A stretch of 64,000 bases of DNA, taken from positions 496,001 to 560,000 of the forward strand of contig NIVC01000010.1 in assembly GCA_002269645.1 (NCBI GenBank). Reading direction: 5' to 3'. A model generated the notes under the pieces. The model worked only from the letters and a program-made list of their open reading frames with translations. It was not told where the DNA came from and made no database searches. Each line of letters begins with the position of its first letter. The first letter of the stretch is position 1. Both the position numbers and the translations under genes were made by a program. Shown here piece by piece: positions 36,569-49,152 of this stretch. Source of the DNA: Macrostomum lignano (lineage: Eukaryota).

Positions 36569-37665
36569 GGCTAAATAGAAATAAGTAAAGAGCTCAATCT
36601 AGGAGGATAGTGTTAAGTCAATTAGGCTAGGGCTAGGCTAATGTGAATAGATGCTAAACAATTACAATCCAAGTTTTACCCTAAGATTAAAGAAAAAAGT
36701 AACCTTGGCCTAATTTACAAAAAGGCAAATCCAAATTATAGAGTTAGCTCTAACACAAGAAAAGCAATATGTTATCCTAAACTTTAAGGTTCTGCAAAAT
36801 AGCTAGACAAAGATTGGAGGCAAAGAAGGCAATGGAAAATCAGTTAATCAGGAAATAGCTAAAAAGATATAAAGCAACGAGCTAGCTAATATAGGTTAGT
36901 GCTTTGTCAATTAGGTTAGGCTAAGGTGGTAAAGAAATGATAAGCAAGCGCAATACAAGCGAAACCCGAAAACAATAATTTTTACACAAAGATTTAAATA
37001 AAAAAGCTATTATACAAAATACAAATGGCAAATATCAATGGAACACAAAAAAGCAAATTGTTATCCAAAAGATTAAGCAAAATAGCTATAGACGAAATTA
37101 CGAAATCAGGTTATTAGACAGCGCTTCGTGAAAATGAAGAAATTAAACATTTTAAGTAATCGAGAACTAATTGGACAAATAAGTTCTATCAATTTTAAAC
37201 TGTAAACATAATAACTAAAACGAGTCTAAATATTACATAAAGCATTATTTAAGAAACATTCGTTTTTTTAAGTTGAATTCTTTTAGTATTTCCTTATTTT
37301 AGACTACTTAGTTTTATTTTTTATTTTCTGTAACCTAGTGGCTTCAAAGGAACTTTCATTTTTATAATGCCAAAGCGACTTCTAACTTTCGGCCACTTAT
37401 TACTGAACTTCATTAATCTTCGTCATTCATGACAAAAATTACGATTTCATGCCTTATCTGTATATAAAATCTGATGATTATATAAATGCAATGGTAACAA
37501 GCAAACTATCTTGTTTCGGAAAGAAATTTACAGTTGGCCACTTTTTTCATAAATACGTTCGGCCACTTTTTCGGCCACATATTTTTTACAGTGTAGTTAA
37601 CAAGCTTTCATTCGAAAGAGTTCATATCTTTATTACAACTTTGTCATAAGTTACTTTGTCGTAGA

Positions 37666-38439
37666 ATGGAAGCCGAACAAAATGTCGTTGATGACTCCAA
37701 AACATCAACTCTAGTCAACTATTGCATCGATCTGTCGCAACAATTCCAACGCGCGATCGAAGGCCTGCAGCTAAAGAAAGATCATCATCAGCAGCAGCAG
37801 AAGCAGCAACATGAGAAATCAGACACCCCACAGCAGGATGCTCAAACTTCTCTCACTCGTCGCGTCACAAAAGTTGTGGTTCAACCGCCAGAGATTAAGC
37901 TGCAGATCCAGTTAGAAACTTGGCTAGCAGATGACGGGACTCTGACTGTTCGACCGCATTTAATTTTACCGAATTCGGCTCCTTCGGTGCAGAACTTCGC
38001 GGATTTGTCCAATCCGATGAAGAGCAACTGTAGCGCAGCTGCAAGCGGAGACCGTCGACTGGATGACGGCCCGTCCGAAGAGGTGCTGTTCGATCAAGTC
38101 GGCGCTTGTCTACCACCACCAGTCTCAGGCAAGGACAAAAGCTTCGGGAAAGGACTAAGACGACAGAAAAAGTCTTCAACCGCCTCATCCAAGAACAAGA
38201 CAGAGACGTCGACTCGCTTCGGCAATATCAGCCAGCACCAGCACCAGCACTTCCATCCACATCAGTCGCACAGACGAACATTCAACAGCATCTACGCGCT
38301 TGGCGGCGACTCCAGCTGTGCCGAGATCAGCGAGGAGGACAACAACTACGTGGATGACGACGACGTAGACCTTGCAGGATCGGCGTGCACTCCAGTCGGA
38401 AACAGTCACTTGTCAAGCAGCGGCGGTCGCAAGTGGTGA
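37666..38439 (+). CDS. Unidentified 257-aa Gln/Ser-rich ORF or exon
   Basis: Long non-repetitive open frame with host-like composition, directly preceded by the acceptor-like TTTGTCGTAG|A-ATG. Confidence 0.55.
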   Translation: MEAEQNVVDDSKTSTLVNYCIDLSQQFQRAIEGLQLKKDHHQQQQKQQHEKSDTPQQDAQTSLTRRVTKVVVQPPEIKLQIQLETWLADDGTLTVRPHLILPNSAPSVQNFADLSNPMKSNCSAAASGDRRLDDGPSEEVLFDQVGACLPPPVSGKDKSFGKGLRRQKKSSTASSKNKTETSTRFGNISQHQHQHFHPHQSHRRTFNSIYALGGDSSCAEISEEDNNYVDDDDVDLAGSACTPVGNSHLSSSGGRKW

Positions 38440-39322
38440 CTGTGCCAAGCCAGCTTGATTGCTGACGTGTAAATGCACTTTTTACTGAGGCTTAGTTAGG
38501 ATATGGTGTACTACTTCGAAAGTACTTTCGCTTATTTTTTTCAATTCGTATTGTTAACAGCTAAACATTTTTTTAACCCCACCAACTGACAATCGAAATC
38601 CACTTCGTACGATACTGTAAAGAAAAGATGCAAGAAGCTTTCAAAGTGGACCTTATTAAAGTTACGCCCAGTTCCAAATATAGGCTAGCATCCAGAATTA
38701 GTTACCTGAAATAAACGAGGCAAACTAACATTTTAAAGTTTAGCTTTACATCGTAAAGTTTTTGTTATGTTATAATTGACAATTTAATAATACATGCACA
38801 ATGTAAATTTATCTTTGCGCGGTGTTGGTGACAACAAATGGGTGCGTCAGCAATGGCTCTATTTCCATTTCCATTTGTAAGCAGACATCTTTGAAGGGAT
38901 TGGCTTCCCAAATGTACCATTAGCTTCAGTACATGCACTTTGGTTCTGATATCCATTAGGCAACTCTGCGCATTTTACACGTTTATACAGTGTAGATAAC
39001 TCTGTATCCAATGCGATTCTTAATATCTAAGGTGCCGTAGGTACACATAAGCCACGATATGCAAAATAGCTTCTAGCTGCCGTGTATATTCACATGTACA
39101 AACTTGGATTTGCATTTTGAGCTAGGGGTTGGGATATCCGCGGGGGTATGGCCTATCCTTAATCACATGCAGTAGCCTGCAAGCTTTTGGGAGCCCTGCC
39201 GATTACATGCTATGAATGGAACAGATCTGCCAGTTGCAAGTTAGAATGATCGTTTGCTAAAGGCTAATTACCTATGCATGCGCCTGCAGCTGCCTACTTG
39301 CGTGTGTTTCCCTTTAAAATAG

Positions 39323-40625
39323 ATTGCACTGATGCAGTGGAAGACGGGGGCGGTTCTTCTTGCATGCATGACAACAAGGAAGATGGGATCGTGAAAGAGT
39401 ACGGAGACTGGCTCGGAGTCAATGCGGGCTCGAATGCGACAGTGGTTGACAGAACAGATCAGCGGTAAACGCTGGTCCATGAAAATTTCCCGCAGACGAA
39501 TTGCCCGCCGAGTTTTTCCCGCCGAGGTTTTGCCAGCAATGCTTAGTAAGTCTTTATGAAGAGATTTACCCCATCAAAACGTTTCGATGGTAACTGTATA
39601 TCAAATGCTGATGTCAAGGCTTACAGGGGGAATTTCTGACATGGTGGGGATAGCTGAGATGTCAAGTCTTGGGGGGGATTGCTGGGATTTCAAGTCTTGT
39701 TGGGGATTGCTGGGATGTCAAGTCTTGGGGGGGGGATTGCTGGGATGTCAAGTCTTGGGGGGAGGGGGGAATTGCTGAGATGGCAATGCTTGGGTCAGAA
39801 GCTACAGCTACATGTAGTTTATTTTAAAAAATTTCCATTCTTTGTTAGGTCCCCAACGGGGGGGCGTGGATGGCTAGTCTAATGCAGATTTTTTTGCAGG
39901 TTTTCGTTTCTGCGAGTATATACATACAGAGGTAAATCTGTGAGCTATTAATTCAGGCATATACCACGTCGCTTTGCCCCCAAAATCTCAAAAGAAATCT
40001 GCCGTGAGGCTAAATGCGCTGCAGGAAGAAAAAAGCATTGCGGGCAAATCTCGGCGGGCAATTCTCGTGCTCCTGCAATTCAGACCCGTGAGGGCCAACC
40101 CTCAAGGCACAGAGAATGTACATGCCTGACGACTAGACAGTCAAGACCGCTGTGTACACCCTGTGTGAGCGTGTGTATGAGTGCGCTTGTATGTGTTCAG
40201 GAGTCACTTTGCCATCTATAAACATTGGCAATGTACGAGCCTAATTCAGCGGAAGGTTTTCGGTCCCGTGGAGGAATTCAATTTAGGTTTGAAATGTCAT
40301 CACTGGAGTAGCAACTTAGCCTGAGCCTGGCTAATGGTGAAATCTACATCCGCTTAAGAGATTAATCCGATTCTTAAATCGCCAGATACTTTGGAGAATG
40401 CCTTGAGGAGGGCAATGCCCTGCTGCATCGGTGAGTTCTCAAGCTCAAGCAATGGTTTTAGATAGATAAGCTACATTCAAGCAAAGGTGCGTGGAAAATA
40501 TCCATATTAAGTGAATGAGGGGGCGTATAGCATCGCTCTGGAGTGCCAGCGGCCCAGGCTCGATTCCAAGTGCAGTCACATTAATTTGGGGCTAAATTGG
40601 AATCTCGGCTTGAACCAACCCCCAG
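39323..40625 (+). CDS. Three phase-compatible candidate exons (39323-39464, 40386-40430, 40531-about 40625)
   Basis: AG/GT boundaries give DCTDAVEDGGG...VVDRTDQR-YFGECLEEGNALLHR-IALECQRPRLDSKCSH. The third acceptor is weak. No homology recognised. Confidence 0.35.
39498..40064. mobile_element. MITE-like element with inverted ends and internal repeats of about 29 bp
   Basis: GAATTGCCCGCCGAGTTTTTCCCGC at 39498 versus GCGGGCAAATCTCGGCGGGCAATTC ending at 40064. Internal TGCTGGGATGTCAAGTCTTGGGGGG repeats. Confidence 0.6.
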
Positions 40626-40681
40626 GGGTGGGGGGGGGGGCATCACAAAGCCAAAAAATCGCGATTCCGAAAAGCACTTAC

Positions 40682-40840
40682 CGTCATAAACCCGAAATAT
40701 CATAACTCGGAAAGTCCTGCCAATTTCCAACACTATTTTGTTCTTCGGAGTTATGATATTTCGCGGTTATGATAGTTTGGGTTTGTGATGGGCGTTGCTA
40801 GTAATTTCTGAGTCATGATATTTCGGGTTCATGATGACGA
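40682..40840. mobile_element. Small foldback/MITE-like element
   Basis: CGTCATAAACCCGAAATATCATAACTCGGAAA pairs with TTTCTGAGTCATGATATTTCGGGTTCATGATGACG. Further internal copies are present. Confidence 0.55.
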
Positions 40841-41659
40841 CCCCCCCCAAGGCACAGTGAAGTGTTTGCCTGTCTGATAAATGGCTACGAACTGTGTCAA
40901 AGTCTCAAATATGTTTTCAATATTTCATTTTGTACCAGCTGAGATTCTCACCTTTCAAATATCCGGGAGACAGGGTAGATTATCTGCTTTACCTGTAAGA
41001 CCCTCTTTTTCTCTCTTATGATATTCGCGTACACTTGTCTATAGCGTGCTGATGCTGATGCAAGGACTACTTAAGTACAAGGATGGGAAACTACGGAAAA
41101 TTAAATTACGGAGACAGAAGTTTTGAATCTCTTCAGCAGAGAAATTGTTACCGCTTTTGATATGACTACTGGGCAGACTCAATTTTGATCTTTTGATATG
41201 ACGACTTACACTTCTTATAGCTCTATTGATATATTCACAAAGCTTTTCGTTTAGAAAATTATGTTAATTTTATATCTTATACGTACAATATTACATGTGC
41301 ATGTGCCTAAAAATCATAAAAAATGGCACAGCTCGATCCTAATTGGCTTAATTGTGAATCTATTTTATCATTCTTAGCTTGATTACTGTAACAAAACAAT
41401 GAGATCAATTAGATCATTCTATTCTTAATAGATTTTTGTGCTGAAAAATGAATTAAAACATCCTATCTCCGTAATGTAGCTAGGATTTTTTCGGTAATAC
41501 CTGTCTCCTAAAGTTTTCTAGGAAGACGTAGTTTCTCGTCCTTCTGCTTGAGTAGTCCAAGAGTGTTACTACAGGAGCAAAGTTTGATTGTTTCAAGGCT
41601 TGAATGTTTTGCCATGGTTACTTTAGAGAGATGGGGGGTCAGTTTCTGAGCCTTTCCCC

Positions 41660-42596
41660 AGTTCCTTCGAGGAGTTGCCATGCTCTTCGGGGCTTGGTCA
41701 CCAGATTTGGGTGTGCCCTGGTCTCTGGCCCAGGAATGCCATGCTCTTCGGGGCTTGGTCACCAGATTTGGGTGTGCCCTGGTCTCTGGCCCAGGAATGC
41801 CATGCTCTTCGGGGCTTGGTCACCAGATTTGGGTGTGCCCTGGTCTCTGGCCCAGGAATGCCATGCTCTTCGGGGCTTGGTCACCAGATTTGGGTGTGCC
41901 CTGCTGGTCTCTGGCCCAGGAATGCCATGCTCTTCGGGGCTTGGTCACCAGATTTGGGTGTGCCCTGGTCTCTGGCCCAGGAATGCCATGCTCTTCGGGG
42001 CTTGGTCACCAGATTTGGGTGTGCCCTGGTCTCTGGCCCAGGAATGCCATGCTCTTCAGGGCTTGGTCACCAGATTTGGGTGTGCCCTGGTCTCTGGCCC
42101 AGGAATGCCATGCTCTTCGGGGCTTGGTCACCAGATTTGGGTGTGCCCTGCTGGTCTCTGGCCCAGGAATGCCATGCTCTTCGGGGCTTGGTCACCAGCT
42201 TTGAGTGTGCCCTGGTCTCTGGCCCAGGAATGCCATGCTCTTCGGGGCTTGGTCACCAGATTTGGGTGTGCCCTGGTCTCTGGCCCAGGAATGCCATGCT
42301 CTTCAGGGCTTGGTCACCAGATTTGGGTGTGCCCTGGTCTCTGGCCCAGGAATGCCATGCTCTTCGGGGCTTGGTCACCAGATTTGGGTGTGCCCTGGTC
42401 TCTGGCCCAGGAATGCCATGCTCTTCAGGGCTTGGTCACCAGATTTGGGTGTGCCCTGGTCTCTGGCCCAGGAATGCCATGCTCTTCGGGGCTTGGTCAC
42501 CAGATTTGAGTGTGCCCTGGTCTCTGGCCCAGGAATGCCATGCTCTTCAGGGCTTGGTCACCAGATTTGAGTGTGCCCTGGTCTCTGGCCCAGGAT
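41660..42596. repeat. 61-bp minisatellite (64-bp variant), about 15 copies
   Basis: Unit CATGCTCTTCGGGGCTTGGTCACCAGATTTGGGTGTGCCCTGGTCTCTGGCCCAGGAATGC. Confidence 0.95.
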
Positions 42597-43126
42597 TCGC
42601 GGTGCTCATTAATGCTTTACGCCTGACTGCCTTCGCCTGTTAGCCGCCCTGCTCATCTCGCCGCCTCCGCCTTGTCTTAATCAGGAATTGGATTGGGGCT
42701 GCTTTTCATTGTGATTTCCATTATTGTTGTGCATGCTTTTGAGCTTTTATTATCAGACTAGCTTGAGTCAGCCTTTTTATTATTTTTAATTGGCTCTGTC
42801 TCGCCTATCTCCCCCTTTTGCTTTGCCTCTTTTAGGCTAACCCTACATAAATAGCGATGACGATATGATGGAGCACAGGTGCATGAAGGGGCAAAGCAGC
42901 TCAGCGACAGTCAGGACCGCTGTACAAAATGTGTGAGCGTGTGCATGAGTAGTGCTTGTCTGCGTACAGTATTGGCACGCGTGTACATGTATGTGTGCTA
43001 CTTTTAGTGCTACTTGCCTCAGTGCTACTTTGTGGGATGCTTGCCAATACATGTACATTGTACTATACTTTAGTACGAGCTATATTCGCATGTACACGTG
43101 GCCCGTACAGTTAGCATAGATGAATG

Positions 43127-43860
43127 TGTAGTGACTGGCTGTTAACTGGCTATTCAGCAGCATTCACTAGCTTTCCCTAAGGGCGCTGTGATCCGCTGCA
43201 CAGTAGCTCAGTCCACCTGATCTAGTGAGAGAGATGCTCTGTGCTGGGCCTAAGTGTTTACTGCCCGATGACTCATCGCCTGAGCAAGCGCGGGCAGTCA
43301 CACTCAATGTCTTCCCACTCGCGCTGAGGAGGCGTAGCAGGATGACTCATCACCTGCGCGGAGTGTATGGGCTGCCTAGAGGGAGTAAACAGGATGACTC
43401 ATCCGCCCACGATTCTATTTTTAGCACAGACTAAGCACGTGACTGTGCACGCACTCGGTGCGTGGCCACTGACCTTGAGTGACAGGGTTGCCTTATTTGG
43501 AAGTTGGCCTTGGATCACGCGTCACCCGCATGATTCCAATGCCCAAATAAGGAAGTTTCACGCGCTCACCGCATGAAACTCACGTGACTTTTGGGGGTCC
43601 GCTCGGCTATAAATACGGAGCATCTGCGAGCCATTTTTCTCCAGATCGCGTCGTCCTGCCTGGGCTCGACCGGAGCTGCCTCTGCCTCCGAGCTCTCCTC
43701 TCTCATTTTAGGTTTTCAGGTTTTCAGGTTTGAGCAGCATTCTACTAAGACGATCAACTGTCGAGACATTTTTCAGATTTGCCTTTGCTCCGAGCGTTTT
43801 CGTTATTTTATTACAGGCGACGGATAGACAACTCTGCCGACGCGTCGAGTCCGCACACCA
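43127..43860 (+). mobile_element. LTR-like segment with a promoter (orphan LTR?)
   Basis: Starts TGTAG and ends CA, followed by PBS-like GTGGCAGC. Contains three GATGACTCATC palindromes and TATAAATA at 43608. No partner LTR or TSD was found. Confidence 0.35.
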
Positions 43861-44713
43861 AGGTGGCAGCAACCCTACCAAGTCAAGGCTAACGTTTTAG
43901 GTACATTTTCAGGCAAATCGATAGGTAGTACTGCGGTGCTATCTAGCTTCTTCAGGAGCAGCGGGTTTTATTTTCTAGGAACATCTTCGAGAACCCGAGA
44001 AGAAGAGGCACTTTACAAATGCATGTCTGGAAGATAAGATGCATCTAAAAAGCTTTGGCGAAGCAACAGTAGTTTTTTGTTAGGCTTCGTTTTGTAACAT
44101 TTAGGGCCGTTTTGGAACATCAGCGTGAGGACGTTAAGCGTGGGTTGGATTCTCTATTACAGTTTACATGTAAACATTAACAGAATCAAGAAGCCACTGG
44201 TTAAAAAAGTAATTGTTTTACTTTTATTGTTTTAAAGTTATTGTTTTACTTTAAAGCTTGTTTAAAAGCAAAACAAAAAGGCAAAAAGTAATTGTTTTAT
44301 GCCTTTTTATGGCCCGCGTCTACATGTACAAGTACATTTTTCTGTTTACAGACAAGTAATATATTTACAATTATTGTACACCTCCAGCTACTGCAGTCAC
44401 TGACTTGGCGGGTCCTAGTACGAGCGTTGCTGTTACTCGCTGCTAAAATGTTTACAGCATAGAAAAGTAGTCTGTTGATGTAACTACTACGATCGTACTG
44501 AAAGTAGAACGCTACGCATCGGACAGAACTACATGTAGTCTCTTAAAACGTTCGTGAAGGAGAGTTAAAGTATCTATATACGCCTACCTAAATGTGCCAT
44601 ATACATGTAGATGGTAATGTTTGTTTTGCCGGAACTGCCGAAAGCCAATTCAAAACATGCCAATCAGCATAAGTAGGCAAAATGTACATGTATAAGTGTA
44701 TAACTATTCGGTG

Positions 44714-45550
44714 ATGACGCCAGATGGACTGTCGGACCAATTCAGCATGTCGTCAGGCGTGCTGCAGGGTGACACTCTGGCGCATTTCCTGTACGACGAC
44801 TTCCTGTTGAGAAGACGCACGAGTCGGCGGCGACATCCGGAGAAGCGGCTCTCTGTTCTCGGCTACGCGGACAACCTTGCGCTGCTTTCATTGACGGCTG
44901 AAGGCGCCCAGCGGCTGCTGGATGGCCTGACGGCAGCAGAATCACGAGTCGGTCTCAAACTGAACGCGCAGAAGACGGTAGTCTCCACGGTGCCCTCCGA
45001 CCTGCCTGCCGAGATCAATTGGGCTGCACTTCGATCTGTGCGCTCCGTGCTTCATTCTGAGGCCCTGGATGATGGGCTCAGGACTCGGCTGTTTCAGGTA
45101 GTCGTTGAGACTGTCTTGTTTTACAATGCCGCGAGACCTGGACCCTGACGGACGCACTGGAAAGACAGCTGGACACTGCGCATGCGCGGTCCACGCAGCG
45201 AGACCAATGCCGCGCTCTACGCAAGGGCGTGCCTGATGCGGCCTTCTGACCTGCTGCGCGGGCGACGACTTCGACTGGCAGGCCACATGCACGTCATCCG
45301 GTCGGAGGCCCGCTGCCCAAGCCGCTTCACGAAGTTTTGCTGCTCAAGCTGCAGGGACCGCGCAGGCGAGGCCAACAAGGGCGAACGGCGAGATACCCTG
45401 ACCAGCTTTTGACTGATGCTGGCACCATGGACCAATTTGGGGGTGGGACATTTTGAGGGCTTGGCCCAAAGACGTGCTCTCTGACGCCCTTTCTGGCCAC
45501 TGAGTGGCTGGCGGGTGCATGAAGTTCTTTATCGTTGTTGTGTTGTTGTA
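44714..45550 (+). mobile_element. 5'-truncated, internally deleted RTE-clade LINE
   Basis: TPDG...GVLQGDTLA...LGYADNLALLS...AQRLLD...VGLKLNAQKT, later VVETVLFY and RRLRLAGH, with a (GTT)n tail near 45535. Confidence 0.82.
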
Positions 45551-46579
45551 TTAACTAGCTCGTACGATTTAGATGTTACGGAAAATTGTGTTCTGAATCG
45601 TGATGTCATACCGTTGGTAGTATAGCTGTTACATGCGAAGATTATGTGGTATTCGTATAATTACAAACTGTTAATCATTAAGGTGCAAGGTACTAGAGCC
45701 CATTTTAGCCGAGCAGGCCAATTTTGCAGGCATATCGATCATTTTTCTTATTCACACCGAATCTTAAAACTATGATCGATTGTATTCGCTCGTACGATCC
45801 ACGAATCTAAGAATTACCAAGCCATTTTTTCGCTACCAAGGTGATCATAGAAATTCGAGACAGAGTGCATGGGTGTCTATATGGTCCATCTAACATACAT
45901 ATAAAACTAACTTTCGTATAGACTTACCATGCAGCAACCCTGTCTTCCCGGCATTCTGAAGGACGGAATCAACTTCGATCACTTAGCCACAGCTACCCTT
46001 CTCCTGAGCTTGAGGAACTCAGCAGCCGGAACTCCCATCGCACCCCAGTCTTTTAGTTCGACACCGAATCCTGGAAATTCCGGCACCGATTCAAACTCCA
46101 GCCGAGTATCGATCAACACGCGATCACGACTAAGTCGTTCTTGGTACCGATCAATCTTTAGTATAGATTATATAGAATAGCTGTAATAAAAGCGAAAGCC
46201 AAAGGGAAGGATAATAATGCAATATAATTCTATTATAGCATCTATTTCCCTAATTAATTGGAAGTGAAATATTTAGACATTGGCTTATTATTATGATCTA
46301 TTTAGACATTATGAACTGCAACTGTCCTGTGGCGTGTGGCCATCTTGGTCATATGCCGCCTATGCCATATAGCTATGTCTATGGCTAAATTGTTGTTTGC
46401 ATATCTATTTTATTGATATAGGATATTACTAACTTATTCTAGTATCTAATCAAAATCAAATGCTATACCTAACTAGCTTTTAGCCTTCTATTTATCATCA
46501 AAGTAACTTTTTATATATTTTTATTAGTTATGCCTGATATTGCTATAAGTATAATAATATAAATCATAGGTATATGCAT

Positions 46580-46744
46580 AACCTTGAGAATCACTCGGCT
46601 ATTTCTATTAGCAACATACACATGTATGAAAGTCACTATTGGCTAAGAGCAGTCACATGACTACTAGGCCTATTCTATCCAATAACAACTTACATGTATC
46701 ATGTATGTGTTGCCAATAGAAATGGCTGGGTGAATCCCTAGGTT
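46580..46744. mobile_element. MITE with imperfect TIRs of about 45 bp and an internal CCAAT/E-box core
   Basis: AACCTTGAGAATCACTCGGCTATTTCTATTAGCAACATAC versus the reverse complement of the right end, AACCTAGGGATTCACCCAGCCATTTCTATTGGCAACAC. Confidence 0.65.
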
Positions 46745-48844
46745 GAGCCCAAGCATGATATAAAGATGACTAATTGTTAGATACTAATAGCTAACACAGT
46801 TCAACAAATAACATTTGGAACTACATTAAATAACCCAAAGCATTAGCAATTGCTATGCTTTTAACAAAATTATAGACATGTATAAATGCTTGATTTCTTG
46901 ATTTAAGACCTTTAGCTTTATATATATCTATACTATATACTATACTATACCTCTATACTATAATCTATATTATTCAAATATACTAATACTATACCATAAT
47001 ATTTATACTATCTAAATATACTAAATCTCTAAGGTTTGTATGCTTTACTATACTAAACCTCTAAACTATATTATGATATTCATTTAATTTCATATGAATT
47101 GCATTATATTGATTGAGTTTAGAATAACTTGGATATATACCTTGGGGCTTGTCCCTCATGAATGTAAGGCAAAAGGCAAAAGTTCAAGGCCAATTTTCTT
47201 GCATCAGTCCCTAGTGAATATGGCCATGTATCAAATTGAAGCTAGGTACTTTAATGCAAGAGGCAGATGCATTAGTACTAAGCTGCTCTGTCCTTAATTA
47301 AAGCAGTTTTTCATTGTCACTTTTATTATGCTTTAACTAAATGATTTTGACAGCAAATTTTATATTTAAAGGAATTGTATTACCTCATAAAGTAATAGAA
47401 TAAAAATGGATTACTAAAAAATACTTTGGCTAGTTACAAAACAAAACACATTCAATTCCAGGAATAAGTGGGGAAAAAAGTTTCTATGCGAAATATCCTT
47501 GCACTTAGAGTAGAATTGAATGTTGCAATTAGAGTAGAAAAATGTACCAATACTTATCTTGTATCGAATACAAGGTAGCTATGTGAAATGCATCTTGTAA
47601 AATGGTGCAAATGTTTATAGATTCTCTAGATGCTCCAAAGGCAATAGCATAGCTGATTTTTGTTGTAGTGGCTCTGGCTAAATGTTATCATTATTTTTAC
47701 TTCTAAATAGGTAGCATCTTTAGAATTTGCTTTATTTTTTGTATAGAGAGATGCAAATTTAATGGTGGACAATTAGCAGGAAAAAACATCATGGCTACTA
47801 ATATAGCTACTTTGCCCTTCTCTAGGCATGCCTTTTAGATAGAACCCAGGAAGCTTTTTTGCATTGACATAGTATTGATAATGGCTGAAGATAACGAACA
47901 AGAAAAATAATTATTATAGCTTAAAAGATAATATATATAATTTAAAAAATTTAATAGGATTGGTATTGAGATTAAAGGTAGTAGAAAAAAGCTATATCAA
48001 AAAAAGATTAAAGCTAAGAAGGCTAAGAGCTAATAAGTAAGAAGTACATTGATAAAAAAAGGCAACCTATGCATAATATATCAGCCAATCTAGCTAGGTG
48101 AAAAGGCTGTCAACCAAGGTAGGTTGAAAAAATGCAAAAATGAATATAAAAATAAGAACTTATAACTAGAAAGAAAAAAAGTTGCATTCTTTATTAAAAT
48201 TAAGCTGCATAGGCATAGCTAATGAAAATTTGGGAACTATCCTTGGCTTATCAAGTGCATTAATCCTTTGCTTATCAAATGCAATAATCCTTGGTTTATC
48301 AAGTACAATTATAATTCAATACTCACACAAGTCAATTGAGTAAAAGTCACACAAAGCAGTTAAGACATAATCAATTTCTTAGACAAGTCAGTCCTAGTCT
48401 TTAATGAAGTTAATAATATGGTTACGCAATATAAATCAAGTATTATGCTATGCTTCCAAACTGAATTTTTAATACTGTGACACAATTCAATTTAGTATCA
48501 AAATTCAGCCAGTACACAGATGGCAAAAAAGAAGCCTATTATGATGCAATCTATTTCAGAATCAAAATTCATCTAGTCAGTTTTTTCTCTAGCATTCTTA
48601 CAATGCATTTCAAGTCAAAAGAGCTGCTTGACCTTTAAAGAAAAGCATGTTTTTCGAATATTTAATCCCTTTAGCATTAAGCAATTTCTTAGCCATGTAG
48701 CTTATTAGCACAAAACCATGTAACCTTAGCTTTTGTGCATTTACTGTCACAAAAAATGTCTGATTGAACAGTGCAAGTTTGAAGAAAATCAGTTAAGCTA
48801 TTTTTTCTCTAATCAATCACATAGACACAGACAGACCATTTTAG

Positions 48845-49138
48845 TGTCAGATAGTTAGTTATGTGTATGGCTTGGCTAGGTCTCTCAGTTAGTTATTATT
48901 ATTTGTTTATTTTTTAGATCTAGTGCACTTTTGCCACCCCAGTGTCGGTGGGGTTTGGAGTTGGTTATTTACTCTCTCTCTCTCTCTCTCTCTCTGTGTT
49001 GTTCAGTCACCCACCCCTAATCTCTGTCTGTGCTGAGTCAGTAAATCAATATAAATAAATACAACACCGCGCGTGGAGAGTTTCACGTGTCCTTCCTTTT
49101 CTACTTCTAACTACAATCACTCGGCTCATAATTTCACA
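48845..49138 (+). repeat. 5' LTR (294 bp)
   Basis: TGTCAGATAG...AATTTCACA; contains (CT)12. Confidence 0.97.
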
Positions 49139-49152
49139 TTGGCGACGAGAAA

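Larger units (their letters stand above)
30920..37593 (-). mobile_element. CMC-EnSpm (CACTA-superfamily) DNA transposon, full length, 6674 bp
   Basis: Perfect 32-bp TIRs CACTGTAAAAAATATGTGGCCGAAAAAGTGGC, TA on both flanks (30918-19 and 37594-95), subterminal GTGGCCGAA repeats, and two co-oriented ORFs. Confidence 0.92.

Noticed and set aside
45920-46165. Exon-like GC-rich island on the minus strand ending in a strong CATG|GTAAGT donor
   Set aside because: The best frame (IDRYQERL...RRRVAVAK*) has an in-frame stop and the other frames are closed. It may be a UTR exon or pseudo-exon, so it is not called.
46589-46600. 12-bp AATCACTCGGCT shared between the MITE arm and both Gypsy LTR ends
   Set aside because: Too short, with no flanking similarity; likely chance.
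46200-48840. Long AT-rich tract before the Gypsy (and 53470-54780 after it)
   Set aside because: No substantial ORF, TIR pair or periodicity beyond the small MITEs; treated as ordinary intergenic DNA.
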